NCBI RefSeq assembly: GCF_963921235.1
Contig: NC_086097.1
Location: forward strand, 149,360,001-149,424,000
DNA length: 64,000 nt
Direction: 5' to 3'
From: Mobula hypostoma
Taxonomy: Eukaryota
The notes under the pieces were generated by a model. That model was not told where the DNA came from, ran no database searches, and worked only from the letters and a program-made list of their open reading frames with translations. This document shows positions 62,233 to 64,000 of the stretch, one piece after another (position 1 is the first letter of the stretch; each line of letters opens with the position of its first letter). Both the position numbers and the translations under genes were made by a program.

Positions 62233-63560
62233 GATATAAGAACATAAGAAATAGGAGCAGGAGTAGGCCATCTGATTGCTCACTTCTTCATTCAATAAAA
62301 TCATGGCTGAAGTGGCTGTGGACTCAGCTCCATCTACCTGCCTATTCTCCATAACGCTGCTATGCAAAAATCTATCGAACTGTAAATATATTTAATTGGG
62401 TACTTAACTGGTTCCTGGGCAGAGAATTCCACAGATTTAGTTTTCTCTGGGAAAAACAGTTTCTCCTCATCTCCAACCTAAATCTACTCCCCAAATCTTG
62501 AGGTTATATTCCTAGTTCTAATTAGCTACTATGTTCTAATTCTATGTTGCCTACTAGTGGAAACAAGTTTCCTGCTTCTATCTTATTTATCCATTTTATG
62601 ATAATGATATGTTTCTATGAGATCCCCTCTCATTCTCATGAATTCCAGCAAGTATAGTCCCGGGAGGCTGAATCTTTCCTCATATACTAACCCCCTCCTC
62701 TCTGGAATCAACCTGGTGAACCTCATCTGCACAGCCTCCAAAGCCTCTCAAATTAACAGAACAGAACTGCACACAGCACTCCAAGTGCACCCTCACCAGT
62801 GCTCTGTACAGTGGAAGCATAATCTTCCGGCTCTAAATTTCAATTCCCCAAGCAATGAAGGCCAAGTTTCCATTTGCAATCTCAATTACCTGTTGCACCT
62901 GCAAACCAATCTTTTGAAATACGTGCACAAGCATTCCCAAACCCCTCTGCACAACAGCATGTTGCAATCTTTCACTATTTAAATAATAATCTCATCTTCT
63001 ACTTTTCCTTCCAAGATGGGTGATTTTACATTTACCAACGTCCATCAGCTAAATTCTTGCCCACTCAATTAAGCCATCTACAGTGTATCTCTCTGTAGAC
63101 TCTGCACAATTTGCTTTTCCGCTCAGCTTAGTTTCATCAGCAAGCATAGACATGCTACACTCAGCCCCCTCATCCAAATCATTAATGTATATCACGCACA
63201 GTTGTGGGTTCAGCGCTAACACCTGTGGCACTCTGCTCATCATTGACTTTCAAGCAGAGAAACACTCATTTATCTGAACTTTCTGCTTTTAATTGGTTAA
63301 CCAATCCTCAGTCTATGCTAACACATTACCCCCAAATCCATACATCCTTATCTTATGGATAAGTCTTTTATGTGGCACCTTATTGAATGCTTTCTGTAAA
63401 TTGAACAATATAGCAGCCACCTGTTCCTCACTATCCACTGCGCTCATTGCATCCTCAAAGAATTCCAGTAGGTTTGTCAAAAAGGACCTGACCTTTATGA
63501 ATCCATACTGTGTCTGTCTGATGGAATCATTTCAATTCAGTTATCTTGCTATTTCTTCCT
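62233..63560 (-). mobile_element. CR1 LINE RT and 3' end
   Basis: cataagaaataggagcaggagtaggcca tail; VPQ..L.PQL..IYINDLDEG...LADETKL. Confidence 0.85.
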
Positions 63561-64000
63561 TAACTCTTCCTGACATAGTTACATGTGGCCCATATCACCC
63601 AAGTTTCTACATCAAAGATAAGCTTTCTCTTAACACCTCTGCTGTCATTGACTGACTTATTGACCAACCTTTGATTATTACCATTTATTCCAAAGGCCTT
63701 CTTGTATTCACTGATGTGGTTGCTCAGTAACTATTCCTTTTGCCTGCATCCAACTAGGACAGCAAACATACATATTATCCTTCATCTATTTTTCCCAAGT
63801 CATATCTGCTTCCTAAAGGACAATAGAGCTTCCACGATCAGCACTGCAGAGAGAAAAAAAGAGACATTGTTCGCTCTGGCCTGATTGTGGGGATCTTCTG
63901 ATGATACAGCACATCTCCAAGGTCACAGTGGTTTTATCTCCCCTGTATTTCCTGCAGCTTCACAAACTTCTTTTGTCTTATTTCAGTTCTGAGAAAGCAC

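Noticed and set aside
61001..64000. TG exon 7 (expected LELLLDEIYDTIF-like)
   Set aside because: No matching frame was found; it is presumably downstream of the window.
1..64000. CRISPR arrays, tRNA or rRNA genes, prokaryotic operons
   Set aside because: None seen. The sequence is intron-rich vertebrate DNA, and the tRNA-like boxes belong to SINEs.

Overview
Vertebrate genomic DNA, most likely a cartilaginous fish such as a ray. The taxon is inferred from the repeat landscape and protein divergence and is not proven. Two + strand genes lie in tandem. The first is the 3' part of PHF20L1: 11 GT-AG, phase-compatible coding exons from 2279 to the stop at 29891, encoding a C2H2 finger, Lys-rich tract, PHD finger and conserved C-terminus, followed by an approximately 1.8 kb 3'UTR. 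The second is the promoter and exons 1-6 of thyroglobulin (TG; ATG 40025 to 61000, continuing beyond the window). Introns and intergenic DNA are dense with decayed CR1 and Rex/Babar-like LINEs, two Penelope-like families, V-SINEs, hAT MITEs with 8-bp TSDs, Tigger-like remnants and a probable Ingi/Vingi-type non-autonomous element. Notable signals: (1) minimal hammerhead ribozymes in the Penelope tails, with intact cores only on the - strand; (2) a Penelope-derived intronic inverted repeat with a nested ribozyme-bearing insertion; (3) a PHF20-type C2H2 exon retained in this PHF20L1; (4) a candidate regulated microexon; (5) a possible CaaX C-terminus; (6) a TG promoter resembling the mammalian NKX2-1/PAX8 layout; (7) a structured, possibly ribozyme-like 5' end on the Vingi-like element. 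Comparisons to human proteins and repeat families are from memory, not database searches. Repeat boundaries are approximate unless a TSD is given.
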